Shown here: piece after piece, positions 26,827-35,899 of the stretch
Numbering within the stretch: position 1 is the first letter of the stretch
Layout: every line of letters starts with the position of its first letter
IMG/VR virus record: IMGVR_UViG_3300012943_000001
Span: 103,743 to 167,742 of that record
From: a virus
Taxonomy: Duplodnaviria > Heunggongvirae > Uroviricota > Caudoviricetes
Length of the DNA: 64,000 bases
Direction: 5' to 3' (one strand)
Notes under the pieces: model-generated
Databases searched by the model: none
What the model was told of the DNA's origin: nothing
What the model saw: only the letters and a program-made list of their open reading frames with translations
Translations under genes and position numbers: made by a program

Positions 26827-28545
26827 ATGAAAGTTCTCCTCGCCCAGCTTAATCCCGTCGTAGGTGACCTCGAAGGCAACTTTGCCAAGGTCCGCGAAGT
26901 CATTCTGAAGCACGCGGGCAGTCATGATTTGATTGTCTTTCCCGAGTTGACCCTCACTGGCTACCCGCCAAACGACCTGCTTCTCCGTAAGGGATTCGTG
27001 GACGAACAACTCGTCTACGTAGACAAGGTTCGCAAGCTTTCCTACCGTACGCCCGAATGCACCATCCTCATTGGTGCCGTGACGAACAATGAAGAGGTGG
27101 GTAAGCCTCTTCGCAACTCCGCCCTTGGGTTTAACAACGGACATCGTATCGTCACCTATCACAAGCAACTCCTCCCTACCTATAATATCTTCGACGAGAA
27201 TCGTTATTTTGAACCGGGCAATGGAGATGGTTGCGTCTTCCATATCAATACGAAGAAACACGGCAAGGTTGTCTTGGGTCTTCTTATTTGCGAAGACTGT
27301 TGGAATGATGAAGCTGTGTGCGACGCACCACTCTATCCAACCAATCCTGTTCAGAAGGTATTCGAGAACGAGTTCGACCTTCCTAAAGTACAGGCCGTCA
27401 TCACTCTCAACGCTTCCCCTTCGGACGTAGGCAAGCATTCGTATCGCTACACTATGTATTCGACTTTATCGGAGAAGTGTGGCGTGCCGTTCGTCTATGT
27501 TAATTCGGTAGGTGGGCAAGATTCGCTCGTGTTCGATGGACACAGTTTTGTTGTGGATGGCAAGTCGATTTGGTACGCCAAAGGATTTGTTGAAGACCTA
27601 TGGAGTGCGGAGATTCTGGTGCCACAGCCAAACATGCCCGCCCTTCAAGTCCCGCAGTATCATCGCGAGATGCTTATCATTGAGCATTTGAAGCTCGGCC
27701 TCAAAGACTATGTTACCAAGAACGGTTTTCAGAAGGTTGTTGTAGGTAGCTCGGGCGGCATTGATAGTGCCGTCGTACTCATGATTGCGAAGGAAGCCCT
27801 TGGTGCAGAGAACGTCTTTGCGGTTACTATGCCGTCGAAGTTTTCGAGTGAAGGTAGTTGGAAAGACTCGGAAGTCCTCTGTGATAACCTTGGCGTCAAG
27901 CTATACAACCGTCCAATCATCGACGAAGTTCTGGCTTCGATTGAAGCATTTAAGAAGTCGTTTGGTGTAGAGCCAAGCCGCATGACCATCGAGAATATGC
28001 AGGCCCGCATCCGTGGCCGCATCCTCATGGAGTTCAGCAATCATTTTGGTGCCCTCGTTCTATCGACTGGTAACAAATCGGAAATGAGTGTGGGTTACTG
28101 CACTATCTATGGTGACATGTGCGGTGGACTCAGCCTCATTGCAGACCTCTATAAGATGGAAGTCTATGCGGTCGCCAAGTTCCATAACGAGAATCATAGC
28201 GAGCCAATCATTCCTAAAGACATCGTGGACAAAGCCCCTTCGGCTGAACTCTGGGAAGGTCAGAAAGACACTGACAGCCTGCCTCCATATCCAGTCCTCG
28301 ACGCAGTTCTAAAGCTTTATTTGGAGCGTGACCTCATGTCGTACGAAGAGATTCAAGAGGCGAAGCTCCTTATCGAGAACATGAGCCTGAAGGATATCAA
28401 ACGAATCCTCAAGATGACGGACAACGCAGAGTTCAAACGTCGTCAGGCCGCACCTGTCATCCGTATTCATAAGCGTGCGTTCGGATTCGGTCGTAATCTA
28501 CCAATCACCCAACGCTACAAGGTCAGCTACGAAAACGTACTGTGA
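26827..28545 (+). CDS. nadE: glutamine-dependent NAD+ synthetase (nitrilase + NadE domains)
   Basis: MKVLLAQLNP nitrilase start; SGGIDSAVV PP-loop; 572 aa. Confidence 0.85.
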   Translation: MKVLLAQLNPVVGDLEGNFAKVREVILKHAGSHDLIVFPELTLTGYPPNDLLLRKGFVDEQLVYVDKVRKLSYRTPECTILIGAVTNNEEVGKPLRNSALGFNNGHRIVTYHKQLLPTYNIFDENRYFEPGNGDGCVFHINTKKHGKVVLGLLICEDCWNDEAVCDAPLYPTNPVQKVFENEFDLPKVQAVITLNASPSDVGKHSYRYTMYSTLSEKCGVPFVYVNSVGGQDSLVFDGHSFVVDGKSIWYAKGFVEDLWSAEILVPQPNMPALQVPQYHREMLIIEHLKLGLKDYVTKNGFQKVVVGSSGGIDSAVVLMIAKEALGAENVFAVTMPSKFSSEGSWKDSEVLCDNLGVKLYNRPIIDEVLASIEAFKKSFGVEPSRMTIENMQARIRGRILMEFSNHFGALVLSTGNKSEMSVGYCTIYGDMCGGLSLIADLYKMEVYAVAKFHNENHSEPIIPKDIVDKAPSAELWEGQKDTDSLPPYPVLDAVLKLYLERDLMSYEEIQEAKLLIENMSLKDIKRILKMTDNAEFKRRQAAPVIRIHKRAFGFGRNLPITQRYKVSYENVL

Positions 28546-28910
28546 ATAAACTCAGGGAAGCTAAGAGGCTCGTCAGGTCCGCAAAGACCAAAGCGGATTT
28601 GAAAGCTTTAGGATTTAGACAGACCCGGGTCTTTAATAGTACGGTGGACTTTATCTACATTCACCATGAGCTTCAAGCCGTGGTGAAAGAGTCGTGGATT
28701 GTAGGGGAACGCCCTCCACGTCGCTTACGAATTCCGACTGAGAGATTTTTCTGTCCAGCATTCAACAGGTTGGTAATACTACAACCCTTTGCAGATACAA
28801 GGGAAGGTGGTAGAGCTTTAGACCTACTGAGAGTTTCCTATCTCAGTGCCGACCCAAAGTCTTCGAATGCAGCTTGGTTTGACGGCAAACCCGTTTACAT
28901 CGACTGGTAA
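28542..28910 (+). CDS. hypothetical protein
   Basis: 122 aa, 4-bp overlap with the upstream gene. Confidence 0.5.
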   Translation: MNKLREAKRLVRSAKTKADLKALGFRQTRVFNSTVDFIYIHHELQAVVKESWIVGERPPRRLRIPTERFFCPAFNRLVILQPFADTREGGRALDLLRVSYLSADPKSSNAAWFDGKPVYIDW

Positions 28911-28913
28911 AGC

Positions 28914-28946
28914 TTGACATTCTGAAAAATTCAGCTACTCTCTGCA
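28914..28946 (+). promoter_or_regulatory. sigma70-like promoter (TTGACA) upstream of nadD
   Basis: gcTTGACAttctgaaaaattcagctactctctg. Confidence 0.4.
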
Positions 28947-28948
28947 CC

Positions 28949-29554
28949 ATGAGACGCAAAGCCATTTTGGGTGGAGCCTTTGACCCAATTCATAACGACC
29001 ATATCCGCATGGGCTACGGCATCATGTACATGGGACTGGTTAATGAAGTTCACTACACTCCTTGTTACAAACACAAGTTTGGCAAGGATATGGCAACCGT
29101 AGACCATCGTCTAGCTATGGGGTTCGAAGGTCTTCAGGAAGCAAGAAAGAAGTACGCGATGGACTTCCGACTTTCGAGAGAAGAGTTCCGAATTCAGCAC
29201 GAAGGCAGCACGTACGAATATCTAACTCAACATATTTATCCAAAGTATAAAGAAGCTCAAGACGAATACTACTTCGTCATTGGCTCTGACAACGCGGTCC
29301 AAATCGAAAAGTTTCATTGTTGGCAGGAGTTGATTAAAATTATCAACTTCATCGTTGTACGTAGAGACGGCTTTATGGCGTCGGGCAACGAATGGTTTAT
29401 GCAGAAGCCTCACCGCTTTGTTGACCTTGGGCTTGCAGGTCTTTCCTCAACTTTGATTCGCGATACGATAAAGAGTCAGGGTCATATCGGCATCAAAGAT
29501 ATGGTGCCCGAATCTGTCTACGAGTATATTACCAAGCACAATCTATACAAATGA
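28949..29554 (+). CDS. nadD: nicotinate/nicotinamide mononucleotide adenylyltransferase
   Basis: GGAFDPIHNDH (H/TxGH) motif; SDNAVQI. Confidence 0.75.
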   Translation: MRRKAILGGAFDPIHNDHIRMGYGIMYMGLVNEVHYTPCYKHKFGKDMATVDHRLAMGFEGLQEARKKYAMDFRLSREEFRIQHEGSTYEYLTQHIYPKYKEAQDEYYFVIGSDNAVQIEKFHCWQELIKIINFIVVRRDGFMASGNEWFMQKPHRFVDLGLAGLSSTLIRDTIKSQGHIGIKDMVPESVYEYITKHNLYK

Positions 29555-30081
29555 GCAAGAAAAATTACCCAATGCCTTCTATCACTGGTGACGTTATTGT
29601 ATATGACGTGTTTTACCAGAAGATTCTTCTTATCAAACGTAAGAAAGACCCGTTCGCCAATACGTGGGCTATCGTAGGCGGATTCTTCAATGCAGAGACG
29701 CATGACGAAGGCGTACAGGACGCATCGGTTGAGGCGGCAGCTATTCGTGAGCTGAAGGAAGAGACCAATATCGACCTCGCACAAATCACGCCTTTAGGCG
29801 GATGCACGTTCCGCTTTCTCACGCTCCAAGACGCTCCCGGTCGTGACCCTCGTGGCCGCGTCGTAACTGCGGTCTATACACTCCGCATTACGAGTGGACA
29901 GGTCATGGACAAGATTCGCGTGGAAGCCAAGCCGCTTGACGACGCTGAAGATATGAAGTGGTTTTCCATCTTTGAGCTTGTTGAAGAAGACAAGATTCCT
30001 TTGGCGTTTGACCATAGGGATTCGATTCGCCAACTCTTCTATCAAGAATTCGGAGGCAGACCGTGGCTGACGAAAAAGTAA
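29551..30081 (+). CDS. Nudix hydrolase (probable ADP-ribose pyrophosphatase)
   Basis: Nudix box GGFFNAETHDEGVQDASVEAAAIRELKEETNI; 4-bp overlap with nadD. Confidence 0.75.
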   Translation: MSKKNYPMPSITGDVIVYDVFYQKILLIKRKKDPFANTWAIVGGFFNAETHDEGVQDASVEAAAIRELKEETNIDLAQITPLGGCTFRFLTLQDAPGRDPRGRVVTAVYTLRITSGQVMDKIRVEAKPLDDAEDMKWFSIFELVEEDKIPLAFDHRDSIRQLFYQEFGGRPWLTKK

Positions 30082-30434
30082 CATGGGAAGGAACGTCTTT
30101 TGGCAAGGCTATAGACTCGCACGTAGCTGAAATCAAAGACTGGCCTTATGTTATTGTTTTTTGGTGCGGATTAAAGGAGCAAGAGTACAACGAAGCCGTC
30201 TTAAACAATACTGGATTCCCTTACGCCTTCCTGTCTTTAATGAAGGCGGACGGTCCAGACAAGGTAGAGAACTATGAGTTCATTTACTTTGTTAAGATGA
30301 CCGAGGAAATGTATGAGTCATACTTTGGCTCAATGTTTGCGTCAGCTTTCAAAACAACTTACTTTAGAATTTACTACAATGGAGACTTCGTTGGAGGATA
30401 CATCAAAAAACCCGTCACGCCGACCGGCGATTGA
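30063..30434 (+). CDS. hypothetical protein
   Basis: 123-aa ORF. Confidence 0.45.
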   Translation: MADEKVTWEGTSFGKAIDSHVAEIKDWPYVIVFWCGLKEQEYNEAVLNNTGFPYAFLSLMKADGPDKVENYEFIYFVKMTEEMYESYFGSMFASAFKTTYFRIYYNGDFVGGYIKKPVTPTGD

Positions 30435-30459
30435 GGGCGAGTATTATTCGAATATCTTA

Positions 30460-31074
30460 ATGTTGTCGCGGGAGAATAAACCTCTTGCTTCAATAGGGGA
30501 GAAACGTGCGAATTGGTATGTCCAGCGAAAAGGTTTGGCAGAAGACGTGCAGGATGAAGAAACTAAGAAACTCTTCCCGTCTTTTCGCCGCATCATTCGT
30601 CTTAAGTTCAAAGCTAAGATGGAAGACCGGACGGACCCGTTCTATCTAGAAGTTAAAGAGACGCAGTGCGTTGTTTGTGGTGGTAGAGAAAATCTCTCAC
30701 TTCATCACGTTGTTCCTTCGTGCGTTCGCAAACATTTTCCTGAAGAACATAAGAAACACTCGCATAGCTGGTGTGTTCTATTATGCTCCCACCATCATCA
30801 CCTCGCGGATAAGCTTGCTCTAGAGCTTCATGAACAAGAACTGAAGGATTTGGAGGAAGGTATCCGCCTACACGCGGCACAGGCCCGCGAAGCGTGGGGT
30901 CGAAACTTCATTGCTCGCCAAGGTGGGCTCGAAAAGGTGAAAGAGCTTTACCGAGAAAAGTTTCTTCAAATCGAACCTCAGCATCTTCCGTCAGGATTTC
31001 TCGAAGACCATCTAACGCTTGAGAAATTTCTTGACTTTCCAGAAACATCGTGCGACAATCCGCCCATCAGTTAA
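30460..31074 (+). CDS. Cys/His-rich zinc-binding (HNH-like) protein
   Basis: CVVCGG...LHHVVPSC...CSHHHH; start moved to the internal ATG to avoid overlap with the upstream ORF. Confidence 0.45.
   Translation: MLSRENKPLASIGEKRANWYVQRKGLAEDVQDEETKKLFPSFRRIIRLKFKAKMEDRTDPFYLEVKETQCVVCGGRENLSLHHVVPSCVRKHFPEEHKKHSHSWCVLLCSHHHHLADKLALELHEQELKDLEEGIRLHAAQAREAWGRNFIARQGGLEKVKELYREKFLQIEPQHLPSGFLEDHLTLEKFLDFPETSCDNPPIS
31031..31062 (+). promoter_or_regulatory. conserved CTTGACTTTCCAGAAAC-type promoter (inside the 3' end of the upstream ORF)
   Basis: tcTTGACTttccagaaacatcgtgcgacaatcc. Confidence 0.45.
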
Positions 31075-31083
31075 ATTCATTCT

Positions 31084-31341
31084 ATGAGATTCCTACTTAT
31101 CCCTCTCGTCCTCATCCTTCTCGTCTGGGTACTTATCAAGTTCTACAAGTCCCGCCGCGTCGATAAATTTTTAGACAGCGTAGTCACGAAGCCAACTCCC
31201 AACAGTGCGGAAGCTCTTGCTCAAGAGGTAGACCGCATCAAAGAGGAGGAGGAACGCACAAAACGAGCAATCGAAACCCGCAAGGAAGAAATCGCTCGCG
31301 AACACGACTCTCTGTCTAAACTAACAAAAAACACAAAATAA
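31084..31341 (+). CDS. small single-pass membrane protein with a coiled-coil
   Basis: LLIPLVLILLVWVLI TM then EEEERTKRAIETRKEE. Confidence 0.5.
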   Translation: MRFLLIPLVLILLVWVLIKFYKSRRVDKFLDSVVTKPTPNSAEALAQEVDRIKEEEERTKRAIETRKEEIAREHDSLSKLTKNTK

Positions 31342-31342
31342 C

Positions 31343-32680
31343 ATGTCCCTCCGCAACTCAGATTCAGAAGGCTTCGGCTCTTCTATCAAAGACAAGTTCA
31401 AGATTGGTGCAGGCATCTTCGCGGTGCTCATCGTACTCAGTCTTTTCTTCGGTGCCATTGGTAAGAACGATGACCAAAACTGGCAAGTCCTCCAATACCC
31501 GAACGGCAACGTCCAAGTCATCAACACTCCCGGTTACTACTTGAAGTGGTTCGGCTCCGTTACGACCTATCCTCGTAACTGGCAGGTCGAATACAACGCT
31601 CATGACGGAGCGGACTGGTCCACCAAAGTGACGTTTAATGATGGTGGCTGGGCTCATATGGATTCTATCATCCGTTTTGCCTCCCCATCTGACACTGACA
31701 AGCAGCGTGCATTCCATCGTTTGTTTGCCGGTAGCGAAAAGAATGTAGAGTCTGCTGTTTGGGCTCACTTGTCTGACGCTATGAAGTCCTCTGGACCAGT
31801 AATGTCCACGTCCGAACACCAATCTGCCCGCCGCTCTGAATTCAACGCACTCGTACAAGAGCAGCTTGATAAAGGTCTCTTCGAAATGAAGAAAGTTGAG
31901 AAGCAGCTTCTTGACCAGACCGACGAAAAGGGTAAGCCAATCACGGTCTACGCCACCGAAGTCCTCGTTGACAAGGAAGGTAAGTCCCTCGTTTCTAAAA
32001 CTTCTCCTCTTACAGATTTCGGCATCAAAATTACGCAGTTCTCTATTACGGATGTCCGCTATGACGAGCAGACCGTCAAGCAGTTCGTAACAAAGAAAGA
32101 AGCGTTCCTCGCCGCAGAAAACTCCAAAGCTCAACGCGAGAAGGAAGTTCAGGAACGTCTCATGGTTACCGAAAAGGGTCTTCGTGAGAAGGCTGAAGCT
32201 GAAGCCGCAGCTAACAAGCAAAAGGCCACAGAAGTTATCAATGCCCAACGTGAGAAAGAAGTCGCCGAACTCAACGCTAACCGTGAGAAGGTCGTCGCTG
32301 AAACCAACGCCGCTCGTGAATACGCCGTCGCCAAGCTCACTAAAGAGCAGGCTGAGGTTAAGGCAAATCAAGAGCTTGAAGTTGCCCGCATCGGTCGTCA
32401 AGCCGCTGAGGAAGACGCCAAGAAGCAGATTGTCCTCGCTCAGGCCAAGAAGGAAAGCATCGCCCTCGGTGGTGCAATTACAGAGCGTGACCGCGTGCTT
32501 GCCGAAATTAGCCGCGACCGCGACGTTCAGGTTGCAGCTCAGTTGTCCAAGATTGCTACACCTTCGACCATTATCAGCGGTGGTGGAGCAAATGGTGGTG
32601 GCGATACACAGTCCACTCTCATGAACCTCGTGCTTATGAAGAGCATGGGAGTTCTCCCAGAGACGCCAGCCAAGAAGTAA
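31343..32680 (+). CDS. SPFH/band-7 (prohibitin/HflK-like) membrane protein
   Basis: N-terminal TM, SPFH core, C-terminal Ala/Glu/Lys coiled-coil repeats (AQREKEV...). Confidence 0.75.
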   Translation: MSLRNSDSEGFGSSIKDKFKIGAGIFAVLIVLSLFFGAIGKNDDQNWQVLQYPNGNVQVINTPGYYLKWFGSVTTYPRNWQVEYNAHDGADWSTKVTFNDGGWAHMDSIIRFASPSDTDKQRAFHRLFAGSEKNVESAVWAHLSDAMKSSGPVMSTSEHQSARRSEFNALVQEQLDKGLFEMKKVEKQLLDQTDEKGKPITVYATEVLVDKEGKSLVSKTSPLTDFGIKITQFSITDVRYDEQTVKQFVTKKEAFLAAENSKAQREKEVQERLMVTEKGLREKAEAEAAANKQKATEVINAQREKEVAELNANREKVVAETNAAREYAVAKLTKEQAEVKANQELEVARIGRQAAEEDAKKQIVLAQAKKESIALGGAITERDRVLAEISRDRDVQVAAQLSKIATPSTIISGGGANGGGDTQSTLMNLVLMKSMGVLPETPAKK

Positions 32681-32702
32681 GGAAAGTCTAGTTAAGTTTA
32701 CA

Positions 32703-32730
32703 AGCCGCTCAGAAATGGGCGGCTTTTTGC
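32703..32730 (+). terminator. rho-independent terminator after the SPFH gene
   Basis: AGCCGCtcagaaatggGCGGCT + TTTTG. Confidence 0.6.
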
Positions 32731-32760
32731 TTGACAAATGCCAGAGGTTACCCATAGTGA
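32731..32760 (+). promoter_or_regulatory. sigma70-like promoter (TTGACA) after a terminator
   Basis: gcTTGACAaatgccagaggttacccaTAGTGAaat. Confidence 0.4.
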
Positions 32761-32956
32761 AATCATGTTCGGAAAAGCGTCTCAAGAGATTTCCAAATAC
32801 CTCACGACAGGTATGCATCACTCGACTAACGAGGCTCAGGAACGTGTGACTCAAATCATAGAGAAATGCGTGGCTGAAGAAGCTCGAAACCATACGCCTT
32901 CAGAATTTGCTATTAAGCTTTTCCAAATTGCATCCTCACCAGACTATTCCATATGA
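32738..32956 (+). CDS. hypothetical small protein
   Basis: The first ATG lies inside the promoter -35; the true start is more likely the internal ATG ~32765. Confidence 0.35.
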   Translation: MPEVTHSEIMFGKASQEISKYLTTGMHHSTNEAQERVTQIIEKCVAEEARNHTPSEFAIKLFQIASSPDYSI

Positions 32957-33426
32957 ACTTGTTCAATATTGAAAACGCTTTCGAGCGTAATAAAGCTCGC
33001 GGTTGGCCTACAACCTATTTCGCTATCGACATCCACGATACCATCTTCAAGGGTGCGTACAAACTCGACAACCCCGGCAAGACGTTCTATCCTTGGGCCA
33101 AGGAAGTGCTCCTCAATCTAACCAACAACCCGGGCGTCTCTATCATCCTCTACACCGCCAGCCACCACGGACCTGCCAGAGATGTAGAACGGTGGCTCTA
33201 TGAGCACGGAATACGCATTCTAGACATCAACCACAACCCGGACCATCGTAGCAACGAGCTGTGCGATTTCTCCAAGAAGTTTCACTTCGACGTTCTTTTG
33301 GATGACAAGGGCGGCTTTGAAGGCTGGCATGATTGGTTCCTTATCATGCATGAGTTGAAACGCATCGGTCAATGGGTAGACGAACCTAAAGCTACTGAGT
33401 CAAAGAAGTCACTCACAAAGAATTGA
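32953..33426 (+). CDS. hypothetical protein (possible HAD-like)
   Basis: FAIDIHDTIF weakly resembles HAD motif I. Confidence 0.45.
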   Translation: MNLFNIENAFERNKARGWPTTYFAIDIHDTIFKGAYKLDNPGKTFYPWAKEVLLNLTNNPGVSIILYTASHHGPARDVERWLYEHGIRILDINHNPDHRSNELCDFSKKFHFDVLLDDKGGFEGWHDWFLIMHELKRIGQWVDEPKATESKKSLTKN

Positions 33427-33427
33427 A

Positions 33428-33460
33428 CTTGACTTTCCGAACAGCTTGTCAATACTCAAC
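33428..33460 (+). promoter_or_regulatory. conserved CTTGACTTTCCGAAC-type promoter upstream of lemA
   Basis: acTTGACTttccgaacagcttgtcaatactc. Confidence 0.5.
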
Positions 33461-33476
33461 CAGCAATCTCAAAACT

Positions 33477-34061
33477 ATGAAAGCACTCATTATCGTAGGC
33501 GTAATCGCCCTCCTCGCTGGCCTTTGGGCTATAGCTAGTTACAACGGTCTCGTCAACAAAGACGTAGAGGTTCAAGAGAAGTGGGCTCAGGTAGAAAACG
33601 TCTACCAGCGTCGCTTCGACCTCATTCCTAACTTGGTTGAAACCGTAAAAGGTGCAGCCAACTTCGAAAAGTCCACCTTCGTGGAGGTCACTGAGGCTCG
33701 TGCCAAGGTAGGCCAAATCAGCGTGGACATGAAGAATGCGGCCCCAACCGTCGAACAGTTGAAGCAATTCCAGCAAGCTCAACAAGGCTTAGGTGCGGCA
33801 ATGTCCCGCCTTATCGCAGTTGCGGAAAATTATCCACAACTCAAAGCGAACGAGAACTTCCTCGCCCTTCAGACTCAAATCGAAGGTACAGAGAATCGCA
33901 TTTCAGTTGAGCGTCGTAATTATAACACGGTCGTAGCATCATACAATAGTGCGGTCCGTCGTTTCCCCGGTAACATTTTTGCGGGCATCTTTGGCTTCCA
34001 AGTCAAGGCTCCGTTCGAGTCTGAAAAGGGTGCCGATAAAGCTCCTAAAGTTTCCTTCTAA
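33477..34061 (+). CDS. lemA: LemA family membrane protein
   Basis: TM then YNGLV...EKWAQVENVYQRRFDLIPNLVETVKG (LemA hallmark); start taken at the internal ATG after the promoter. Confidence 0.8.
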   Translation: MKALIIVGVIALLAGLWAIASYNGLVNKDVEVQEKWAQVENVYQRRFDLIPNLVETVKGAANFEKSTFVEVTEARAKVGQISVDMKNAAPTVEQLKQFQQAQQGLGAAMSRLIAVAENYPQLKANENFLALQTQIEGTENRISVERRNYNTVVASYNSAVRRFPGNIFAGIFGFQVKAPFESEKGADKAPKVSF

Positions 34062-34771
34062 TGAAGAAGTTCCTTCTAGTCCTCTCTCTGTTTTGTGCGA
34101 CGTTCGCGTTTGCAGAGACAGACCTCGCGGCCCCAACTCGCCTCTTCACTGATAAAGCCAATGTAGTGTCTTCGGACGTTGCATTGGATGTTGAAGTGAA
34201 GCTCAATCAGCTCAACGAGGCAACCACGACTGAGTTCGCGGTCTATATTGTTCCGACGCTCGACACAGAGTCCAGCTTGGAAGACTATACACAACGTACG
34301 GCTCAACGCTGGGGCACGGGCAAAGCCGACAAGAACAATGGTCTCGTACTTTTCCTGTTCGCCAAAGACAGCGAAGGTTATAAACGCATTCGTTTCGAGA
34401 CTGGATATGGACTAGAAGGTGCGTTCCCGGACGCCAAGGCAAAGCTTATCATCGAGCGTGCTATCGTTCCCCTTCTGAAGGAAGATAAGTGGAATGAGGC
34501 TGTACAGGCAGGCGTAGATGCTGCCATCGCAGAAATCAAAGGTGAGTACGAGGTTCCAAAGGCTCCAAGCAATGCCAAACTATACCTCAAGCTTGGGGCG
34601 TTCCTTTTCGGTATCTGGCTCGTTTGTATTTGCATTTGGCCTAAATATACTTGGGAGATTACTTGTATGTTCCTCGACGTACTTTTGACCTCTTCAAAGA
34701 GTAGTGGCAGCAAGGGATACTCGGGCGGAGGCGGAAGCTTCGGTGGCGGTGGAGCGTCAGGGAAAGCTTAA
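34061..34771 (+). CDS. TPM-domain (TLP18.3/YgcG-like) phosphatase-fold protein
   Basis: Signal peptide, TPM core, C-terminal TM and Gly-rich tail; TAATGA overlap with lemA. Confidence 0.75.
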   Translation: MKKFLLVLSLFCATFAFAETDLAAPTRLFTDKANVVSSDVALDVEVKLNQLNEATTTEFAVYIVPTLDTESSLEDYTQRTAQRWGTGKADKNNGLVLFLFAKDSEGYKRIRFETGYGLEGAFPDAKAKLIIERAIVPLLKEDKWNEAVQAGVDAAIAEIKGEYEVPKAPSNAKLYLKLGAFLFGIWLVCICIWPKYTWEITCMFLDVLLTSSKSSGSKGYSGGGGSFGGGGASGKA

Positions 34772-34772
34772 C

Positions 34773-35030
34773 ATGGACCCAACTCCCCTTCATCAACAAT
34801 CCGTCCTATCGGTATGCCTTAAGCTCGTGGTATCCATTGGGATAGTCGTAACGATAGCGAACCTCGTTCCTGATAAGGTAGCGACGCTTCTTATGACGTG
34901 GAGCATTCTTGGCTTCATAGCTTTTCCTATCCAAACCACAACTGCGTTGTGGAAACATTTCCTTCATAGCCCTATAATAGGTTTCTATGAAATCTTAGAC
35001 CGCATTCAACAAAGGTTCTCCCGTGGATAA
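34773..35030 (+). CDS. small membrane protein
   Basis: Two predicted TM helices; start at the internal ATG just after the TPM stop. Confidence 0.4.
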   Translation: MDPTPLHQQSVLSVCLKLVVSIGIVVTIANLVPDKVATLLMTWSILGFIAFPIQTTTALWKHFLHSPIIGFYEILDRIQQRFSRG

Positions 35031-35235
35031 ACCTATCCTGCCTCAAGAGTACGCCCATGAGTGGACGATTACTATCAAAGCTGACGACCCAAAGGGAGCA
35101 ATGGATGCAGTATGGGCATGTTGGGAAGCTTGGCAAAAGAAAGTGGAGCCGCTTGGAGGGGCGTGTCCTGCGTGCATGGGCAATCGTATGACCTATGACG
35201 TTCATAAGACTAAATCACCTCCTAAAACAGAATAA
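35023..35235 (+). CDS. hypothetical small protein
   Basis: 70 aa, CPAC motif. Confidence 0.4.
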   Translation: MDKPILPQEYAHEWTITIKADDPKGAMDAVWACWEAWQKKVEPLGGACPACMGNRMTYDVHKTKSPPKTE

Positions 35236-35237
35236 TT

Positions 35238-35420
35238 ATGCTTAGAAATCAATATCTCCGTGCCCGCCACAAAGCCTTCAAAGCTCAAAAGAACTTCGAA
35301 AAACATCGCATAGGCGATTGGAGATGGTGTTATTGGTACGCCGTCCATAAGAAGTGGGCTATCAAAGCTGACAAACTTTCCTGTATGTCTACGGCTGAGA
35401 AGGCCGCAATCCTTTACTAA
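35238..35420 (+). CDS. hypothetical small basic protein
   Basis: 60 aa, Trp/Lys-rich. Confidence 0.4.
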   Translation: MLRNQYLRARHKAFKAQKNFEKHRIGDWRWCYWYAVHKKWAIKADKLSCMSTAEKAAILY

Positions 35421-35421
35421 C

Positions 35422-35895
35422 ATGACTCCAGTCCTCTATATCCTAATGCGTACCGACCTTCCTAGCATGAATGCTGGCAAGGCAATGGCTCAGGCATCGC
35501 ACGCTTCAAACGCTTTTGTTAAAATGGCGGAGGGAGACCTACATGAAATTCGTGCTCAAATGACAGAGCAATGGAAGACTGAAACCAGTCAGGGCTTTGG
35601 TACGGTTCTTGTTCTCGCAGCCACACAAAAGGAAATCGAGGATGCTGTAGAAGCGGCCAGACTCAATATGCTTATTGCGGGTCAAGTCACAGACCCAACA
35701 TACCCTTATCGAGTAGACAATATCGAAATCGCAAACCTCATTCCTACGTCTGTTGATACAGCTCCTCGCTCTGTACCTTTAGATACAAAGACTCCCGTAA
35801 CTCTCTATAGAAGAGAAGTGACTTGCGGCTTTATATTTGGCGACAAAGACGACTATGCTGGTGAGGTAGTCAAACATCTAAAGCTCCATCCATAG
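35422..35895 (+). CDS. PTH2-family peptidyl-tRNA hydrolase
   Basis: RTDLPSMNAGKAMAQASHAS matches the PTH2 R.DL...GK..AQ..HA core. Confidence 0.65.
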   Translation: MTPVLYILMRTDLPSMNAGKAMAQASHASNAFVKMAEGDLHEIRAQMTEQWKTETSQGFGTVLVLAATQKEIEDAVEAARLNMLIAGQVTDPTYPYRVDNIEIANLIPTSVDTAPRSVPLDTKTPVTLYRREVTCGFIFGDKDDYAGEVVKHLKLHP

Positions 35896-35899
35896 TTCA

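Noticed and set aside
31364-32893. 509-aa minus-strand ORF, the longest ORF in the window on the minus strand
   Set aside because: It lies antisense to the SPFH gene with its Ala/Glu/Lys-rich coiled-coil repeats. Such repeats keep the complementary frame open. There is no promoter, RBS or domain signal, and the surrounding window is coded on the + strand.
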